DNA of 64,000 nt from an uncultured Gammaproteobacteria bacterium (GCA_942491945.1 CALODD010000085.1:4311-68310); one strand, 5' to 3'; positions 30,775 through 42,552 are shown, numbered from the stretch's first letter. Notes: a model not told the origin generated them from the sequence alone. Numbers and translations are program-made.

Positions 30775-31263
30775 TTATTTTCTTGAGTATTTCAGGAACG
30801 CATAAGAATGAATGTTCTTCTCATCCGGTTGATGCTCCTCAGTCGACACAAGCTTCCACTCAGAATCATCAAATTCTGGAAACCATGCATCCCCCTCGAA
30901 TTCATCATCTACAGCTGTGATGTATAAGTTTTTCACATCGTTCAGTGCCTGCGCATAGAGGTTGGCACCACCAATGATCATTACTTCTTCGACATCACCC
31001 GCGCAAGATAACGCTTCATCTACTGAATGCACGACATCCGCACCTTCAGCCACGTAATCCGTATTACGCGAAATCACGATATTCTGACGACCCGGTAATG
31101 GACGCCCAAGTGACTCCCAGGTTTTTCGCCCCATGACAATTGGCTTACCCATGGTCGTCGCTTTGAAATATTGCAAATCAGCGGGCAACTTCCATGGCAG
31201 TTGGTTATCACGACCGATGAGGCGGTTGCGATCCATCGCAACAATAATAGATAACTCGGGCAT
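30775..31263 (-). CDS. folA: Dihydrofolate reductase
   Basis: Contains IVAMDRNRLIGRDNQLPW.LPADLQYFKATTMGKPIVMGRKTWESLGRPLPGR.NIV. I chose ATG at 31263 (MPELSII...), 2 nt after the thyA stop, instead of the track start at 31302. Confidence 0.9.
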   Translation of the reverse strand: MPELSIIVAMDRNRLIGRDNQLPWKLPADLQYFKATTMGKPIVMGRKTWESLGRPLPGRQNIVISRNTDYVAEGADVVHSVDEALSCAGDVEEVMIIGGANLYAQALNDVKNLYITAVDDEFEGDAWFPEFDDSEWKLVSTEEHQPDEKNIHSYAFLKYSRK

Positions 31264-31265
31264 GG

Positions 31266-32099
31266 TTAGACCGCTATAGGTGCCCGAATCGCTTCGTGAC
31301 ACTGATAGTCCACCAACTCAAAATCATCAAACGTGAAATCAAAAATATTCTTCACATCTGGATTAACCTTCATGCTCGGTAGTGAATATGGTTCACGTGA
31401 TAATTGCAGTTCCACCTGTTCGCTATGATTGGAATACAGATGTGCATCACCGAAAGTATGCACGAAGTCACCGACCTCAAGATCACAAACCTGAGCCAGC
31501 ATCATCGTTAATAACGAATAGGACGCGATATTAAATGGCACGCCGAGAAAGATATCGGCACTACGTTGATATAACTGACAGGATAACTTGCCATCAGCGA
31601 CATAGAACTGAAAGAAAGCATGGCACGGAGCTAATGCCATCTTTCCCTGTCGAGCATTTTCATCAGGCTTAATAGACTCATCAGGAAGGTCGGCTACGTT
31701 CCAGGCACTGATAATGAGTCGGCGCGAATTAGGTGTCTTTTTAATTTGATCAACCAGTTCCGTAATCTGATCGATATGACGACCATCAGGCGTTGGCCAG
31801 TTGCGCCACTGATATCCATAAATAGGTCCCAGGCTACCATTCTCGTCTGCCCAGGCGTCCCAGATCTTCACGCCGTGCTCTTTCAGATAATCCAGCGTTG
31901 TCTCACCTTTCAGAAACCAGAGCAGTTCATGAATAATCGACTTCAGATGGCATTTTTTGGTCGTCACCAGAGGAAAGCCTTCCGATAAATCAAAGCGCAT
32001 CTGATAACCGAATACGCTTTTGGTACCAGTCCCGGTACGATCCCCTTTTTGCGTGCCGTGATCGCGCACATGGCGCATTAAGTCGAGGTATTGTTTCAT
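31266..32099 (-). CDS. thyA: Thymidylate synthase
   Basis: 277-aa ORF with [11 protein letters not shown]...[12 protein letters not shown] and [12 protein letters not shown]. Confidence 0.97.
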   Translation of the reverse strand: MKQYLDLMRHVRDHGTQKGDRTGTGTKSVFGYQMRFDLSEGFPLVTTKKCHLKSIIHELLWFLKGETTLDYLKEHGVKIWDAWADENGSLGPIYGYQWRNWPTPDGRHIDQITELVDQIKKTPNSRRLIISAWNVADLPDESIKPDENARQGKMALAPCHAFFQFYVADGKLSCQLYQRSADIFLGVPFNIASYSLLTMMLAQVCDLEVGDFVHTFGDAHLYSNHSEQVELQLSREPYSLPSMKVNPDVKNIFDFTFDDFELVDYQCHEAIRAPIAV

Positions 32100-32140
32100 T
32101 CGTTTTGTCGCAGAGTCACAGAGACACAGAAGGTCTCAAT

Positions 32141-32941
32141 TTATTCATTATGTTTTTTATACGCAAACCATAACATCCAGAGTCCAACCAAAACCATCGG
32201 CAGACTTAATAATTGCCCCATGGTCATCCAGTCTGAGGCCACAAAGCCATTTGTACCCGTGTTGTAGTCTGGTTCCCGGACAAATTCTACCGCAAAGCGG
32301 AACACGCCATAACCCAGTAAAAATAGTGCTGAAACAGCCATGAGAGGACGCGGCTTTGAAGAATAAAACCAGAGGATCAGAAACAGAGCTAAACCTTCAA
32401 GCGTTGCCTGATACAGCTGAGAAGGGTGCCGCACAATACCATCCTGCATAGCTGGAAACACCATGCCCCAGGGCACCTCAGTCGCACGGCCAACCAGTTC
32501 CTGATTGATAAAATTACCGATGCGTCCTGCGCCCAGACCAATGGGAACCAATGGCGCGACATAATCCATGATGGTGAAAAACTTCAGATTCTGCTGGCGT
32601 CCGTATAGCCACATCGCGACCAGGACTCCCAGAAACCCGCCATGAAACGACATGCCGCCCTGCCAGATTTTGAAAATGGCAAACGGGTTACCCAGCAAAA
32701 CGGGAAACTGATAAAACAGCATATCGCCAACTCGCCCGCCGAGCACGACACCCAACATGCCATAGAACAGAATGTCATCGACCTGCTGCGGTGTTACCGG
32801 CGAACCCGGGAGTGACGCACGCTTTCGTCCTAACCACCAGGCTGCGGCGAATCCGATCAAATACATCAACCCGTACCAGCGAATCGCAATTGGGCCACCC
32901 AGGTGCAATAGAATCGGATCAAAATCTGGATGGACGTACAT
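32141..32941 (-). CDS. lgt: Phosphatidylglycerol--prolipoprotein diacylglyceryl transferase
   Basis: 266-aa ORF with [31 protein letters not shown] and HPSQLY. Confidence 0.95.
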   Translation of the reverse strand: MYVHPDFDPILLHLGGPIAIRWYGLMYLIGFAAAWWLGRKRASLPGSPVTPQQVDDILFYGMLGVVLGGRVGDMLFYQFPVLLGNPFAIFKIWQGGMSFHGGFLGVLVAMWLYGRQQNLKFFTIMDYVAPLVPIGLGAGRIGNFINQELVGRATEVPWGMVFPAMQDGIVRHPSQLYQATLEGLALFLILWFYSSKPRPLMAVSALFLLGYGVFRFAVEFVREPDYNTGTNGFVASDWMTMGQLLSLPMVLVGLWMLWFAYKKHNE

Positions 32942-32942
32942 A

Positions 32943-33599
32943 TCAGCTCACTTGTTCAGGATGCGGCATCTTATCAGAACCCTGGGGATGCTCCTTTAAA
33001 TGGGCTCGGATATCGAGAATAATTTTAATCACGATCAAAGCCACCAACCCGAGAAATGGTTGTTGCAGACTTTGCACCAGAAACCCGCCGGCAATCAGGG
33101 CAATATGTAATACCACAATCCGATGGTACGGCTGATTCATCACCTGCTTTACGGTAATTTTGCCGGCTTCATCGGACAACATAAAATTTAACGCCAATGA
33201 TATAGCATGACTGACAAATAAGGCGACCAGCGCCCAGTAGAGCTGGTAGATTTCAATGACCTGCAATACAACCTCAACGGTCAGGTCATTACCAACCTGC
33301 AGGCCGGTCTCAGCTTCAGCAAACAACGCAAAAACGAAGACACCATGCCCGAAACAGAACATGCCGTAGTGAACACAGAAAAAAATGGCTAATGGCAGGC
33401 GCTTACCGATCCGTACATACTTACCATCGGTATCCCCACCAGCCAGCAACATCTTCGGCACATTCAACACGCCAATCAGGATATTTTCCAGCCAGAACAC
33501 CAACATCACCGCAAACACCGACCACTGCCACCAGAACACACCAGCCAGAGGTAAAAGGTTTGCCAGGAATAAGAATATGACGGAAGGGGTAAGACGCAT
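32943..33599 (-). CDS. Hypothetical integral membrane protein (218 aa)
   Basis: About 6 hydrophobic segments. It is tightly packed between the NUDIX gene and lgt (1-2 nt spacing). The family is not recognised with confidence. Confidence 0.5.
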   Translation of the reverse strand: MRLTPSVIFLFLANLLPLAGVFWWQWSVFAVMLVFWLENILIGVLNVPKMLLAGGDTDGKYVRIGKRLPLAIFFCVHYGMFCFGHGVFVFALFAEAETGLQVGNDLTVEVVLQVIEIYQLYWALVALFVSHAISLALNFMLSDEAGKITVKQVMNQPYHRIVVLHIALIAGGFLVQSLQQPFLGLVALIVIKIILDIRAHLKEHPQGSDKMPHPEQVS

Positions 33600-34444
33600 T
33601 ACTGGTGCAAGCCTGTCGCGAGCAAGTCGTAATCATCATCATCCGGCGTCAGTACACCGTGACGAATCAGAAAATCAATCACCACCAGATTACAGTTCAG
33701 CTTGAAATCAAATGTATCACGCACGATCTCAGCGACATCTTGAATCGGTATCAACATAAACTCGTCGACTTCACCGTCAGTACAAACAGGCTGAAAATAT
33801 TCTGGCAATTGAAGGTCGTAACAATATAAAACTTCTGGCTTCACGCCTCGTTCGTTTTCATAACAACAACTGATCGCTCTAACCGCCTTTGCCTGATCTG
33901 CAAGCTCAGCAGACATGCCCGCCTCTTCCATACACTCCTTGCGTAAGTTCTCTGCTGAAGACACACCGTAGGGAAAGCCACCCGCCACCAACTGGTCCAG
34001 TTTGCCCGGCTCATAACCACGATCACGCGCACGGCGACCGATCCACATCAGTATCTCATCGCCATCCATGACATAACCATTCAAGTGCTGACCAAAGGTG
34101 CGTGTTCCAAAATAAGACGCCACACCACGATCAATAAGAAATTCAGGTCGCTCACGATGTCCGGACGTGACGGGATAGATTTCGTGGTAATTATTGTTAA
34201 TCACACCACGAGCAATCAGATCACTCACCACCCGTTCAACAGCCTGTGTGCGCTGCTCGGCAGTCTCGAGTTGCTCATGTAAATTGAATCCAGCCTCATG
34301 GTATACAAACGTATCGTCATATTCTTTTAAGGTCGGAGCCAGGTCATCACGAATCCAGCCAACTCTAGCTTCGCCGACACATAAAGGCTCGAACTTGTCT
34401 CGCCGCATATCATTACAACGCTCGATTTTTTCCAGATAAGACAT
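33599..34444 (-). CDS. NUDIX hydrolase (N-terminal DUF4743-like region plus Nudix domain)
   Basis: 281-aa ORF. The Nudix box is readable as GGFPYGVSSAENLRKECMEEAGM (GX5EX7REUXEEXGU). Confidence 0.75.
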   Translation of the reverse strand: MSYLEKIERCNDMRRDKFEPLCVGEARVGWIRDDLAPTLKEYDDTFVYHEAGFNLHEQLETAEQRTQAVERVVSDLIARGVINNNYHEIYPVTSGHRERPEFLIDRGVASYFGTRTFGQHLNGYVMDGDEILMWIGRRARDRGYEPGKLDQLVAGGFPYGVSSAENLRKECMEEAGMSAELADQAKAVRAISCCYENERGVKPEVLYCYDLQLPEYFQPVCTDGEVDEFMLIPIQDVAEIVRDTFDFKLNCNLVVIDFLIRHGVLTPDDDDYDLLATGLHQ

Positions 34445-34504
34445 GCCGTCTCCCGTCCGTAGGAGGCTACATTATGTCGAGATTAGATAAGGCTGCAAGC
34501 GGTC

Positions 34505-35089
34505 CTAATATTTAAAGTGATTCAGGCCGTATGATTTTCCAAAGGGACGATGACTGCTGCCATAGGGTTGTACAGCCTGGTTAGGATAGCCTGAATGATA
34601 CGGCTTATTAGGCGTATTACCATATCGTAAATCAAAGCGATGATTATCACCCGTATGTGAATATTGAAGATTATATTGTGGTTGAGGGTAGACATACTGT
34701 GGTGTTGGGTAAGCTGGATAGTAGTAACGTGGTACTGTCACAATAGGCGGTACACTCTGAGATTCACTCGCCTGTCTCGCTTCAGCCTTTTCCTCCACGG
34801 CTTCTTGTCGTTCTCGCCGAGCTTCAATCAACTTATCGCGTTCTGCCTGCCATTTCTCACGCTGTTGATCAAAATATTCCATCTGTTTCATGATGGAATA
34901 ATCCTGTGTCATGGCTGGGTCACTTGAAGGGATATCAGTTGTTATCCCGGTATCTTCTACTGCTTGCTCTTCAGGCGGTTTATCAGAAAAAAATATGCGC
35001 CCTTCGGTATCGGTCCATTTATATACATTTCCGGCCATCACTAGCGCAGGAAATAATAGAGCCAACCCGAATAATTTAGAAACGTTCAT
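34505..35089 (-). CDS. DUF4124-domain periplasmic protein
   Basis: Start moved to ATG 35089 (MNVSKLFGLALLFPALVMA, a signal peptide). The DUF4124-type N-terminus is NVYKWTDTEGRIFFSDKPP. A coiled-coil and a Tyr/Pro/Gln-rich tail follow. Confidence 0.65.
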   Translation of the reverse strand: MNVSKLFGLALLFPALVMAGNVYKWTDTEGRIFFSDKPPEEQAVEDTGITTDIPSSDPAMTQDYSIMKQMEYFDQQREKWQAERDKLIEARRERQEAVEEKAEARQASESQSVPPIVTVPRYYYPAYPTPQYVYPQPQYNLQYSHTGDNHRFDLRYGNTPNKPYHSGYPNQAVQPYGSSHRPFGKSYGLNHFKY

Positions 35090-35612
35090 ACTCCGACTCA
35101 TTCGAATAGTCAGGTGCGGGCTGGTCCGCAGCAACGATTTGCCATTTACCATCATCCTGTCGACAGGCTGTACCTGTGGCCTCTTCTACCTTGCCATCAA
35201 TAATGATTGATTGCGTAAAATCTCGACAATACTGGCCTGTATCACGCTGCCAGGTTTTTACTGGGGTAATCGAACCCGCATGACCGGAATCAGGATTATT
35301 CCAGCTGGAGGGACGACCTGAAGGCTGATATTCGAGTGCTTCATGTGTGGTCTGAGAGTGGAACTGCTGATCTTTACAGTCGAGTGATTCACCATAGCGG
35401 TTTCCAGCATAGCCGCCTGCCACTGCACCTAATACCGTTGCTGCTTTCTTGCCACCACCTTTGCCGAAACGCGAACCTACAATACCGCCTAATAATGCGC
35501 CTACAACGGTACCAATGGCCTCTTTATTACCTTCGCAGTCTTCAGCCCGTACCGATGAACTAGACACGACAAATGCCACGATCAGGAAAAAGTGAGGTAT
35601 GTATCTCATCAT
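35076..35612 (-). CDS. Glycine-zipper (17-kDa surface-antigen-like) outer-membrane/periplasmic protein
   Basis: 178-aa ORF with a signal peptide and the glycine-zipper GTVVGALLGGIVGSRFGKGGGKKAATVLGAVAGGYAG. The C-terminal domain contains Cys. Confidence 0.65.
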   Translation of the reverse strand: MMRYIPHFFLIVAFVVSSSSVRAEDCEGNKEAIGTVVGALLGGIVGSRFGKGGGKKAATVLGAVAGGYAGNRYGESLDCKDQQFHSQTTHEALEYQPSGRPSSWNNPDSGHAGSITPVKTWQRDTGQYCRDFTQSIIIDGKVEEATGTACRQDDGKWQIVAADQPAPDYSNESEYERF

Positions 35613-35722
35613 AAATATCTCCGGCCTATTTCCGTAATTCTAGACCATGTCACAATTATTAACCCAACAGTCAGATCAAAACGTGAGTATTTTCACGATT
35701 ATCACTGCATAATAACCCGTCT

Positions 35723-37153
35723 ATGCTGAACACCAAGATTGTCATCAAAATTGCTCTACTGAGCCTTCTCCTCGGCCATATATCTATCGCTCAGGCCTAC
35801 CTACCTCAAGGTGTCAGGGATATCTTACGAAAAGAAAAAATACCCGGTGACAGTCTTTCAATATTAATCCAGCCAATAGATTCAAAAAAACCACTCATTG
35901 CTCACAATATTCATCAGGCGATGAACCCGGCTTCGGTCATCAAGATCGTGACCACCTACGCTGCGCTGCATTTACTCGGGCCTGAATACACATGGAAAAC
36001 AGAATTTTATATCGATGGAGATCTACGGGGTAATACACTTTTTGGCGATCTTATTGTCAAAGGCTATGGCGACCCGTATCTGGTTGAAGAAACCCTGTTA
36101 CCGATCCTTCGCTCCATGCGCAAGAAAGGGCTACGCCACATCACTGGGAAATTAATTATCGACAATAGTCACTTTGCGCCGATTGAACAAGATCCTGGCG
36201 AATTCGATAACAAACCACACAGAGTTTATAACGCCAATCCCTCGGCCCTGATGACCAACTTTCAGGCGACACGTTTTACATTCACACCTGACACCGATAC
36301 CGGACAGGTGAATATTGATATGTGGCCAGAATCTCCAGACATACAAATCAATAACGAGATGCAATACGTCAAGGGCAAATGCCGTGGCTCATACCGCTGG
36401 CCACGCATGTGGTTTGACCGTGTTGGCGAAAAAGTGGTTGCTCGCTTCAAGGGTAAATATAGTTCTGCCTGTGGCCAGCATTATGTGCATCGTGCGGTCA
36501 GTCAGCCCGAGGCTTTGTTCTATGGCGCCTTCTACCCAACATGGCAGTTTCTCGATGGCAGTCTGAATAAAGGTTATGCCAGCGGCAAAGTGAGCAACAC
36601 AGCTAAACTTTTCCACACAACACACTCCCGGCCGTTAAGTGAAATCATTCGCCTGATCAACAAATTCAGTAATAACGTCATGACTAAACAGTTATTACTG
36701 ACGATTGCATCAGAATCAAGGTCCACTCCAGCGACATTAGATCTAGGCCGAAAAGCCATCGATAGATGGCTAAGCTCACAGAAGATTGATACAAAAGACC
36801 TTTACATCGACAACGGTTCGGGTTTATCCAGGAATAGTCGTATCTCCGCAAAGACACTTGGTCAAATCATGCGACATCAATGGAACAGCCCCTGGATGCC
36901 TGAAATCGTAAGCTCCTATTCCATATTAGGCCGTGATGGCACCGGCAAGAAACGCCTTAAAAATAGCTCAATCAATGGCAATATGCATTTAAAAACCGGC
37001 CTGTTAGATCATGTTCGTTCAATCGCAGGCTTTTATCATGGTGATAATGGCAAGCGCTATATCATCATCGCATTACATAACCATGAGAATATACATAAAC
37101 TCACTGGTACACGTATCCAGGATGAATTAATCAAGTGGATAGATAGCCGTTAG
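35723..37153 (+). CDS. dacB: D-alanyl-D-alanine carboxypeptidase/endopeptidase (PBP4 family)
   Basis: 476-aa ORF with a signal peptide, the active-site SxxK region NPASVIKIVT, later SNN (FSNNVMT), and DGSGLSRNSRISA and KTGLL. Confidence 0.88.
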   Translation: MLNTKIVIKIALLSLLLGHISIAQAYLPQGVRDILRKEKIPGDSLSILIQPIDSKKPLIAHNIHQAMNPASVIKIVTTYAALHLLGPEYTWKTEFYIDGDLRGNTLFGDLIVKGYGDPYLVEETLLPILRSMRKKGLRHITGKLIIDNSHFAPIEQDPGEFDNKPHRVYNANPSALMTNFQATRFTFTPDTDTGQVNIDMWPESPDIQINNEMQYVKGKCRGSYRWPRMWFDRVGEKVVARFKGKYSSACGQHYVHRAVSQPEALFYGAFYPTWQFLDGSLNKGYASGKVSNTAKLFHTTHSRPLSEIIRLINKFSNNVMTKQLLLTIASESRSTPATLDLGRKAIDRWLSSQKIDTKDLYIDNGSGLSRNSRISAKTLGQIMRHQWNSPWMPEIVSSYSILGRDGTGKKRLKNSSINGNMHLKTGLLDHVRSIAGFYHGDNGKRYIIIALHNHENIHKLTGTRIQDELIKWIDSR

Positions 37154-37231
37154 ATAGTTGATTTATCCGGAATTACCCCCATACTGCTTGTAGAATTTCA
37201 CATAATAACGACATAACAAAGGGAGTTTTCA

Positions 37232-38188
37232 ATGATAGATTTAATCTTCAGTTTCTGGACAGGACTGGCTGTTGTTCTCCTCGTCATCCTCAAAACATCC
37301 GTTAAGTTTGTTCCGCAGAACAGAGCTTATGTTGTAGAACGATTCGGGAAATACACAAGGACTCTTGAAGCCGGTCTTAACTTTATTTTCCCTTTCATTG
37401 ATAAGGTAGCCTACAACCGTTCACTCAAAGAACAGGCTGTCGATGTTCCAAGTCAAAGCGCGATCACTAAAGATAACATCGGCTTAACCGTTGACGGTGT
37501 TCTTTACCTGAAAGTACTCGACCCCTATAAGGCCAGTTACGGTGTTGAAGACTATACATTTGCTGTAACTCAACTCGCACAAACAACCATGCGTTCTGAG
37601 ATTGGCAAAATAGATCTCGATAAAACCTTTGAAGAACGCGATGCCTTAAACACTTCTATCGTCTTCTCTATTAATGAAGCAGCTGAACCCTGGGGCGTAC
37701 AGGTCATGCGTTATGAGATCAAGGATATTGATCCACCACGCACCGTGCTGGAAGCGATGGAACGTCAGATGAAAGCCGAGCGTGAAAAACGTGCCACAAT
37801 TCTGGAATCAGAAGGTGAACGTCAGTCTGCAATTAACGTAGCCGAAGGTGAAAAGCAGGCGAAGGTTCTAGCTGCTGAAGCTTATCGTGCTGAGCAAATA
37901 TTACAGGCCGAAGGTGAAGCTAAAGCTATTGAAATGGTCTCTGAAGCAAAGGCGAATTCTATACGCACAATTGGTGAAGCTGCGGATACGGATGCAGGCC
38001 AGAAAGCCATCCAGCTTGATCTTGCAACCCAGGCGATTACCGCGAAACAACAGATTGCTAAAGAATCAACTGTTGTACTCATGGATGACAAGAATAGTTC
38101 TGCGGGTAATACCGTTGCCGAAGCTGTTGCCATTGTCAGCGCCATGAATAAAAGTGATGCCTTCAAAACGGGAGGTCATGCAGAATGA
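37232..38188 (+). CDS. SPFH/band-7 (stomatin/QmcA-like) membrane protein
   Basis: 318-aa ORF with an N-terminal TM segment, then VPQNRAYVVERFGKY...TKDN..L.VDGVLY.KV.DP..A.Y and a coiled-coil Ala/Glu-rich tail. Confidence 0.88.
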   Translation: MIDLIFSFWTGLAVVLLVILKTSVKFVPQNRAYVVERFGKYTRTLEAGLNFIFPFIDKVAYNRSLKEQAVDVPSQSAITKDNIGLTVDGVLYLKVLDPYKASYGVEDYTFAVTQLAQTTMRSEIGKIDLDKTFEERDALNTSIVFSINEAAEPWGVQVMRYEIKDIDPPRTVLEAMERQMKAEREKRATILESEGERQSAINVAEGEKQAKVLAAEAYRAEQILQAEGEAKAIEMVSEAKANSIRTIGEAADTDAGQKAIQLDLATQAITAKQQIAKESTVVLMDDKNSSAGNTVAEAVAIVSAMNKSDAFKTGGHAE

Positions 38189-38658
38189 TCGAGTATTTTG
38201 ACACAAATCCACATTCATTCTGGTTCACCATAGGCTTCCTGCTACTTGCCCTTGAGGCTCTCGCATTTGGATTTGCCACTGGTGTCCTGTTGTTCGCGGG
38301 CCTTGGGGGATTATTAACGGGCACAATGATATGGGCTGAGCTTATCCCAGCCACATGGTTAGCCGGAATAGCCACTTTCGGCATCAGTTCAGGCCTAAGT
38401 GCTGCAATCCTCTGGAGGCCGTTAATGAAACTCCAGAGCACTGAGCCTGCACCTAAAGATAATAGCAGTGACATGGTCGGCTATGAGTTTCAGCTTAATG
38501 AGAAAATCACTCGCGATACACAGGGTAAAACACGCTACTCAGGCATTGAATGGAAAGTCATTCTCTCAGATGATTCTACTACCGATACAATTCAGGCAGG
38601 ACAAACTGTTGTTGTAACCTCTGTCGATGTCGGCGTGATGCGAGTTAAAGAAAAATAA
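38185..38658 (+). CDS. NfeD-family membrane protein (partner of the SPFH protein)
   Basis: 157-aa ORF with a 4-nt overlap with the SPFH gene. It has N-terminal TM helices and a C-terminal OB-like soluble domain (GKTRYSGIEWKVI...VVVTSVDVGVMRV). Confidence 0.8.
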   Translation: MIEYFDTNPHSFWFTIGFLLLALEALAFGFATGVLLFAGLGGLLTGTMIWAELIPATWLAGIATFGISSGLSAAILWRPLMKLQSTEPAPKDNSSDMVGYEFQLNEKITRDTQGKTRYSGIEWKVILSDDSTTDTIQAGQTVVVTSVDVGVMRVKEK

Positions 38659-38666
38659 TTAGCTTA

Positions 38667-39638
38667 TTAATTTATCAACTCGAAATAAACGAGCACTGTG
38701 CGCTGCATAAAGTGCTCATTGTTATCGCTAATCATGAGGAAGCGATTTCCTTTATGCCGGGTTAAACCTTCATAATTATCCACTGGCACAGCATCACCAA
38801 CCTTAATATTCATTAGCGGCTCAATCTTGCCTTTCTCATTCTGTTTAATTGAAGCACGTTGTAGTTCAATCTCCCAGGTAGGTGCCAACAAACGGTGCTT
38901 TCTCTTCAGCAGCAACACCTGACCATCATCAAGTATTTCAATCGCACAGACCGAAGCATCTCTATACGAATCACGCGGCAAACTGAATTGCCCGCCGTCG
39001 GCAGCATATAAAACCACCTCATCCCATTCCGCATCTTCAAGCGGTTTTTCAGGCACCGTTAATACACCATGATCAGGATGAATCGTGACGGACTCCAATG
39101 CCTTGGTTCGTCTGTAATAGCTGGCATGTTTTTCTAAATAGCTAGGCAGCTTTCCACGTTTAAGAAATGTGCCGTCCGGTTTATGCCATTGCAATCTTGG
39201 CTTGTTCTCAAACGACACCAGTAGCTCCTCATCACCCGGTATTCCGTTATTCGCATTAACAATATGTAAACCTTCGCTATCGCTATACGGATAAGACAGA
39301 TCATCACCAGCAACATCTTTCAAGGCATAGGCATTCGCTAAGCGAATACCCGAGATAGCTTTTTCCGTAAATGTCAGGTCAAAATGAAATATCGAGCCAT
39401 GATCGCTGATGGCGTACAACCGTTGTTCGTCTTCACTCCAGGCCAGACCAGATAACTCAACCATTTCCTGATCATTCATTTCCGTTGTAAACAGGTGATG
39501 CGCGGACATGAATCGTATCTTCCCTATCTCAATTGCCTGACCATTTTCATCCACCACATCGATAACTTCATAGTCGAGCGCCTGTGCCTCAAATGAAGTT
39601 ATAAGCAGGAAAATCGCCAGATAGATAAAACGCCGCAT
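38667..39638 (-). CDS. Secreted beta-propeller-like protein, esterase-like-activity-of-phytase family (tentative)
   Basis: 323-aa ORF with a signal peptide. Strings such as ELSGLAWSEDEQRLYAISDHG and YEGLTRHKGNRFLMISDNN match my memory of PF13449-type proteins. Confidence 0.5.
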   Translation of the reverse strand: MRRFIYLAIFLLITSFEAQALDYEVIDVVDENGQAIEIGKIRFMSAHHLFTTEMNDQEMVELSGLAWSEDEQRLYAISDHGSIFHFDLTFTEKAISGIRLANAYALKDVAGDDLSYPYSDSEGLHIVNANNGIPGDEELLVSFENKPRLQWHKPDGTFLKRGKLPSYLEKHASYYRRTKALESVTIHPDHGVLTVPEKPLEDAEWDEVVLYAADGGQFSLPRDSYRDASVCAIEILDDGQVLLLKRKHRLLAPTWEIELQRASIKQNEKGKIEPLMNIKVGDAVPVDNYEGLTRHKGNRFLMISDNNEHFMQRTVLVYFELIN

Positions 39639-39639
39639 A

Positions 39640-40707
39640 CTAAAACATCTCCATCTGACTTGAGGACTTTCGCGGAGGCTCGAATATTGAAGTATTTAAT
39701 GGCGGCAAGTGGTTTTCAATCTCTTGTTTTTTTACAACTTGTTGGAAACGCTGTGCAATCAAATCAGCGAACACACCACTCCCCGTTTGACGGGTACCCC
39801 ACTCTGATCGATACAACTCACCGTTATGCATATCCTGCATACGTTTTAAAACGTGTTCTGCCTTCAATGAATAATTCATTTGTAACCACTCAGCGAACAA
39901 CTCCTTTAACTCCAATGGCAACCGTAACATCACGTAGTTTATCGATAGTGCCCCAGCCTTATGGCATACGCCCATGATCGATTCCAGTTCATGGTCTGTT
40001 AACACGGGCATAACGGGAGCGATCAAGATACCCACGGGTATATTATTTTTCCGCAAAATCTCAATAGTTTGTATACGTCGTAATGGTGTTGCCGCCCTCG
40101 GTTCCATCGCACGACATAACTGCTTATCTAAAGTAGTCACCGATATAAGCACATTAACCAGGTTCTGTTCTGCTAATTCACGCAGAATATCTAAATCACG
40201 TTCAATCAGTGATGACTTGGTAATAATCGATACTGGATGTTTACATTCTGCAAGAAATATTAATATTGACCGCGTTAATTTCGTGTGGCGTTCGACAGGC
40301 TGATAGGCATCCGTATTTGATCCCAGAGTAATCGCAGAACAGCAGTAGTTCTTTTTCGCTAATTCTTCCGCTAATCGTTCAACTGCGTCCGGTTTATGAA
40401 AAATCTCCGTTTCGAAATCCATGCCTGCTGAATATCCAAGCCAGGCATGCGTTGGGCGAGCAAAGCAATATACACAGCCATGCTCGCAGCCTTTGTAAGG
40501 GTTTATTGATTGATCGTAGGGGACATCGGGTGACTGATTCCGCGTGATGATTGTTTTAGAGTGATCGACGTGTAGCCGTATTTTAACTTTAGGCTCGTCC
40601 TGAGGCATCCAACCATCATCTATCGCAACGTGGATTTGTGATTCATAACGCCCGTCACGATTACTCAGGGCTCCACGGCCTTTTTGAGGTGTGCTCGTGC
40701 TAGGCAA
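39640..40707 (-). CDS. Radical SAM protein, PA0069 family
   Basis: 355-aa ORF with [13 protein letters not shown] at the N-terminus and the cluster motif [12 protein letters not shown] (CX3CX2C). Confidence 0.8.
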   Translation of the reverse strand: MPSTSTPQKGRGALSNRDGRYESQIHVAIDDGWMPQDEPKVKIRLHVDHSKTIITRNQSPDVPYDQSINPYKGCEHGCVYCFARPTHAWLGYSAGMDFETEIFHKPDAVERLAEELAKKNYCCSAITLGSNTDAYQPVERHTKLTRSILIFLAECKHPVSIITKSSLIERDLDILRELAEQNLVNVLISVTTLDKQLCRAMEPRAATPLRRIQTIEILRKNNIPVGILIAPVMPVLTDHELESIMGVCHKAGALSINYVMLRLPLELKELFAEWLQMNYSLKAEHVLKRMQDMHNGELYRSEWGTRQTGSGVFADLIAQRFQQVVKKQEIENHLPPLNTSIFEPPRKSSSQMEMF

Positions 40708-41923
40708 CCTTATTCACGTCGAACTTGTCAGAAACATAATTATTGACGATATCTTTAAACTCATTGGCAATGTTGTCGCCACGCAGAGTCTTGTATTTCT
40801 TACCATCAACAAATACAGGGGCGGCGGGTGCTTCCCCAGTTCCCGGCAGGCTGATACCAATATCAGAATGCTTGCTTTCACCCGGCCCATTCACCACACA
40901 GCCCATGACAGCGACGGACATTGCCTCTGAACCCGGATATTTATTACGCCAGACCGGCATCTGCTCACGCAACCAACTCTGAATATCTGAAGCGAGTTCC
41001 TGAAAGACGGTACTGGTCGTACGACCACAACCCGGACATGCCGTCACCAGCGGCGTGAAATTACGCAGACCCATGGTCTGTAGCATTTCTTGCGCAACCA
41101 CGACTTCTTTGGATCGATCACCACCGGGTTCTGGTGTTAATGAAACACGAATGGTATCGCCAATCCCCTGCTGCAATAGAACTCCCATACCTGCGGTAGA
41201 AGCCACAATACCTTTCGACCCCATACCCGCTTCAGTCAAACCCAGATGCAATGCATAGTCACATTGGTTCGCGAGTTGCTCGTATACTGAGATCAGATCC
41301 TGCACTTCACTCACCTTGCAGGAAATAATGATGCGATCTCGTCCTAAGCCGATCTCTTCGGCTAGCTGCGCACTTTCCATCGCAGACAGCACCAGCGCAT
41401 CATGCATCACTTCACGCGCATCTTTCGGTTCGGCCAATTGAGCATTCTGATCCATCACTCGGGCAAGCAGCTTCTGGTCCAGGCTTCCCCAGTTGACTCC
41501 AATTCGAACTGGCTTGTCGTATTTCATCGCTGTTTCGATCATGGCTGCAAAGCGCTCATCACGTTTCGCACCACCACCAACATTTCCAGGGTTGATACGA
41601 TATTTTGCCAGTGCCTGCGCGCAATCCGGATATTTGGTCAGCAGCGTATGACCAATGTAATGAAAGTCGCCAATAAGCGGCACATCACAATTGCGTTTTA
41701 AAAGGCCTTCTTTGATCTCCGCGACAGCGGCAGCAGCCTTTTCAGTATCGACAGTAATCCGCACAAGCTCTGAGCCTGACTCAGCCAAAGCCGCGACCTG
41801 ATCAATTGTCGACTGGACATCGGAAGTATCGGTATTGGTCATGGACTGCACCACAATCGGCGCATCGCCACCGACGATAACGTTTCCGACCTTTACACCG
41901 ACTGAATTTCTTCTCTGAATCAC
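40700..41923 (-). CDS. ispG: 4-hydroxy-3-methylbut-2-en-1-yl diphosphate synthase (flavodoxin)
   Basis: 407-aa ORF with [31 protein letters not shown] and [11 protein letters not shown]. Confidence 0.95.
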   Translation of the reverse strand: MIQRRNSVGVKVGNVIVGGDAPIVVQSMTNTDTSDVQSTIDQVAALAESGSELVRITVDTEKAAAAVAEIKEGLLKRNCDVPLIGDFHYIGHTLLTKYPDCAQALAKYRINPGNVGGGAKRDERFAAMIETAMKYDKPVRIGVNWGSLDQKLLARVMDQNAQLAEPKDAREVMHDALVLSAMESAQLAEEIGLGRDRIIISCKVSEVQDLISVYEQLANQCDYALHLGLTEAGMGSKGIVASTAGMGVLLQQGIGDTIRVSLTPEPGGDRSKEVVVAQEMLQTMGLRNFTPLVTACPGCGRTTSTVFQELASDIQSWLREQMPVWRNKYPGSEAMSVAVMGCVVNGPGESKHSDIGISLPGTGEAPAAPVFVDGKKYKTLRGDNIANEFKDIVNNYVSDKFDVNKVA

Positions 41924-41954
41924 GATAACCTCAGAACCTCAAACTGGGCGCGGA

Positions 41955-42401
41955 TTATACCCGCTTACGGGCTAAACGCCTCAATGAATGCGCCAGACGC
42001 TCATCGGAAACCGTATCCGCGGAGGCATCCACCAAATCACGCGTCGATTCACTCAGGTCACGATGCACCTGCCGAAGTTGCACATCCTCCTCAGCGAGGT
42101 CCTTCAACGGCCGATTTTTTACCACAATTCCTTGTATATCGGCCTGCCCGCAGGACTTGAGAATCGCCTGGATCATACGCTGCTGCATCCGCACATGCGT
42201 CGCCCATTCTGCGCCTTTCACATGAATAATCGCTCGTTTCCTGGTATCGATATTCACCAGTTTCACGACAGTATTAATTGATAAAGGCAGCTGCTTTTCC
42301 AGACATCGATTTAGTTTAGAGAGCTCCATCGCCCGATCCCGAATCTGGGAAAGCGTACTACGACGAACAAAGGCATCTGCGCGTTTTTGAGACATTATCA
42401 T
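41955..42401 (-). CDS. DUF721/DciA-like protein
   Basis: The track ORF starts at 42485 in AT-rich sequence. The likely start is ATG 42401 or 42395 (MIMSQKRAD...). The core LNRCLEKQLPLSINTVVKLVNIDTRKRAIIHVKGAEWATHVRMQQRMIQAIL fits the DUF721 pattern from memory. Confidence 0.55.
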   Translation of the reverse strand: MIMSQKRADAFVRRSTLSQIRDRAMELSKLNRCLEKQLPLSINTVVKLVNIDTRKRAIIHVKGAEWATHVRMQQRMIQAILKSCGQADIQGIVVKNRPLKDLAEEDVQLRQVHRDLSESTRDLVDASADTVSDERLAHSLRRLARKRV

Positions 42402-42552
42402 ATTAGACCACGATAGAAATTTAGTATCGACACAAATATAAATTAGCAAACAGTAATTAACTGAACGCAGTAACAAAAAACACAAAGCAAAAACAACACA
42501 ATTATCTATAGTATAATTGCCGTTAATTTATACACCTTTCCGGGCAGCCCAT

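Noticed and set aside
35076-35155. 80-nt overlap between the DUF4124 ORF and the glycine-zipper ORF.
   Set aside because: It is resolved by using the internal ATG at 35089, which yields a proper signal peptide (MNVSKLFGLALLFPALVMA) and reduces the overlap to 14 nt.
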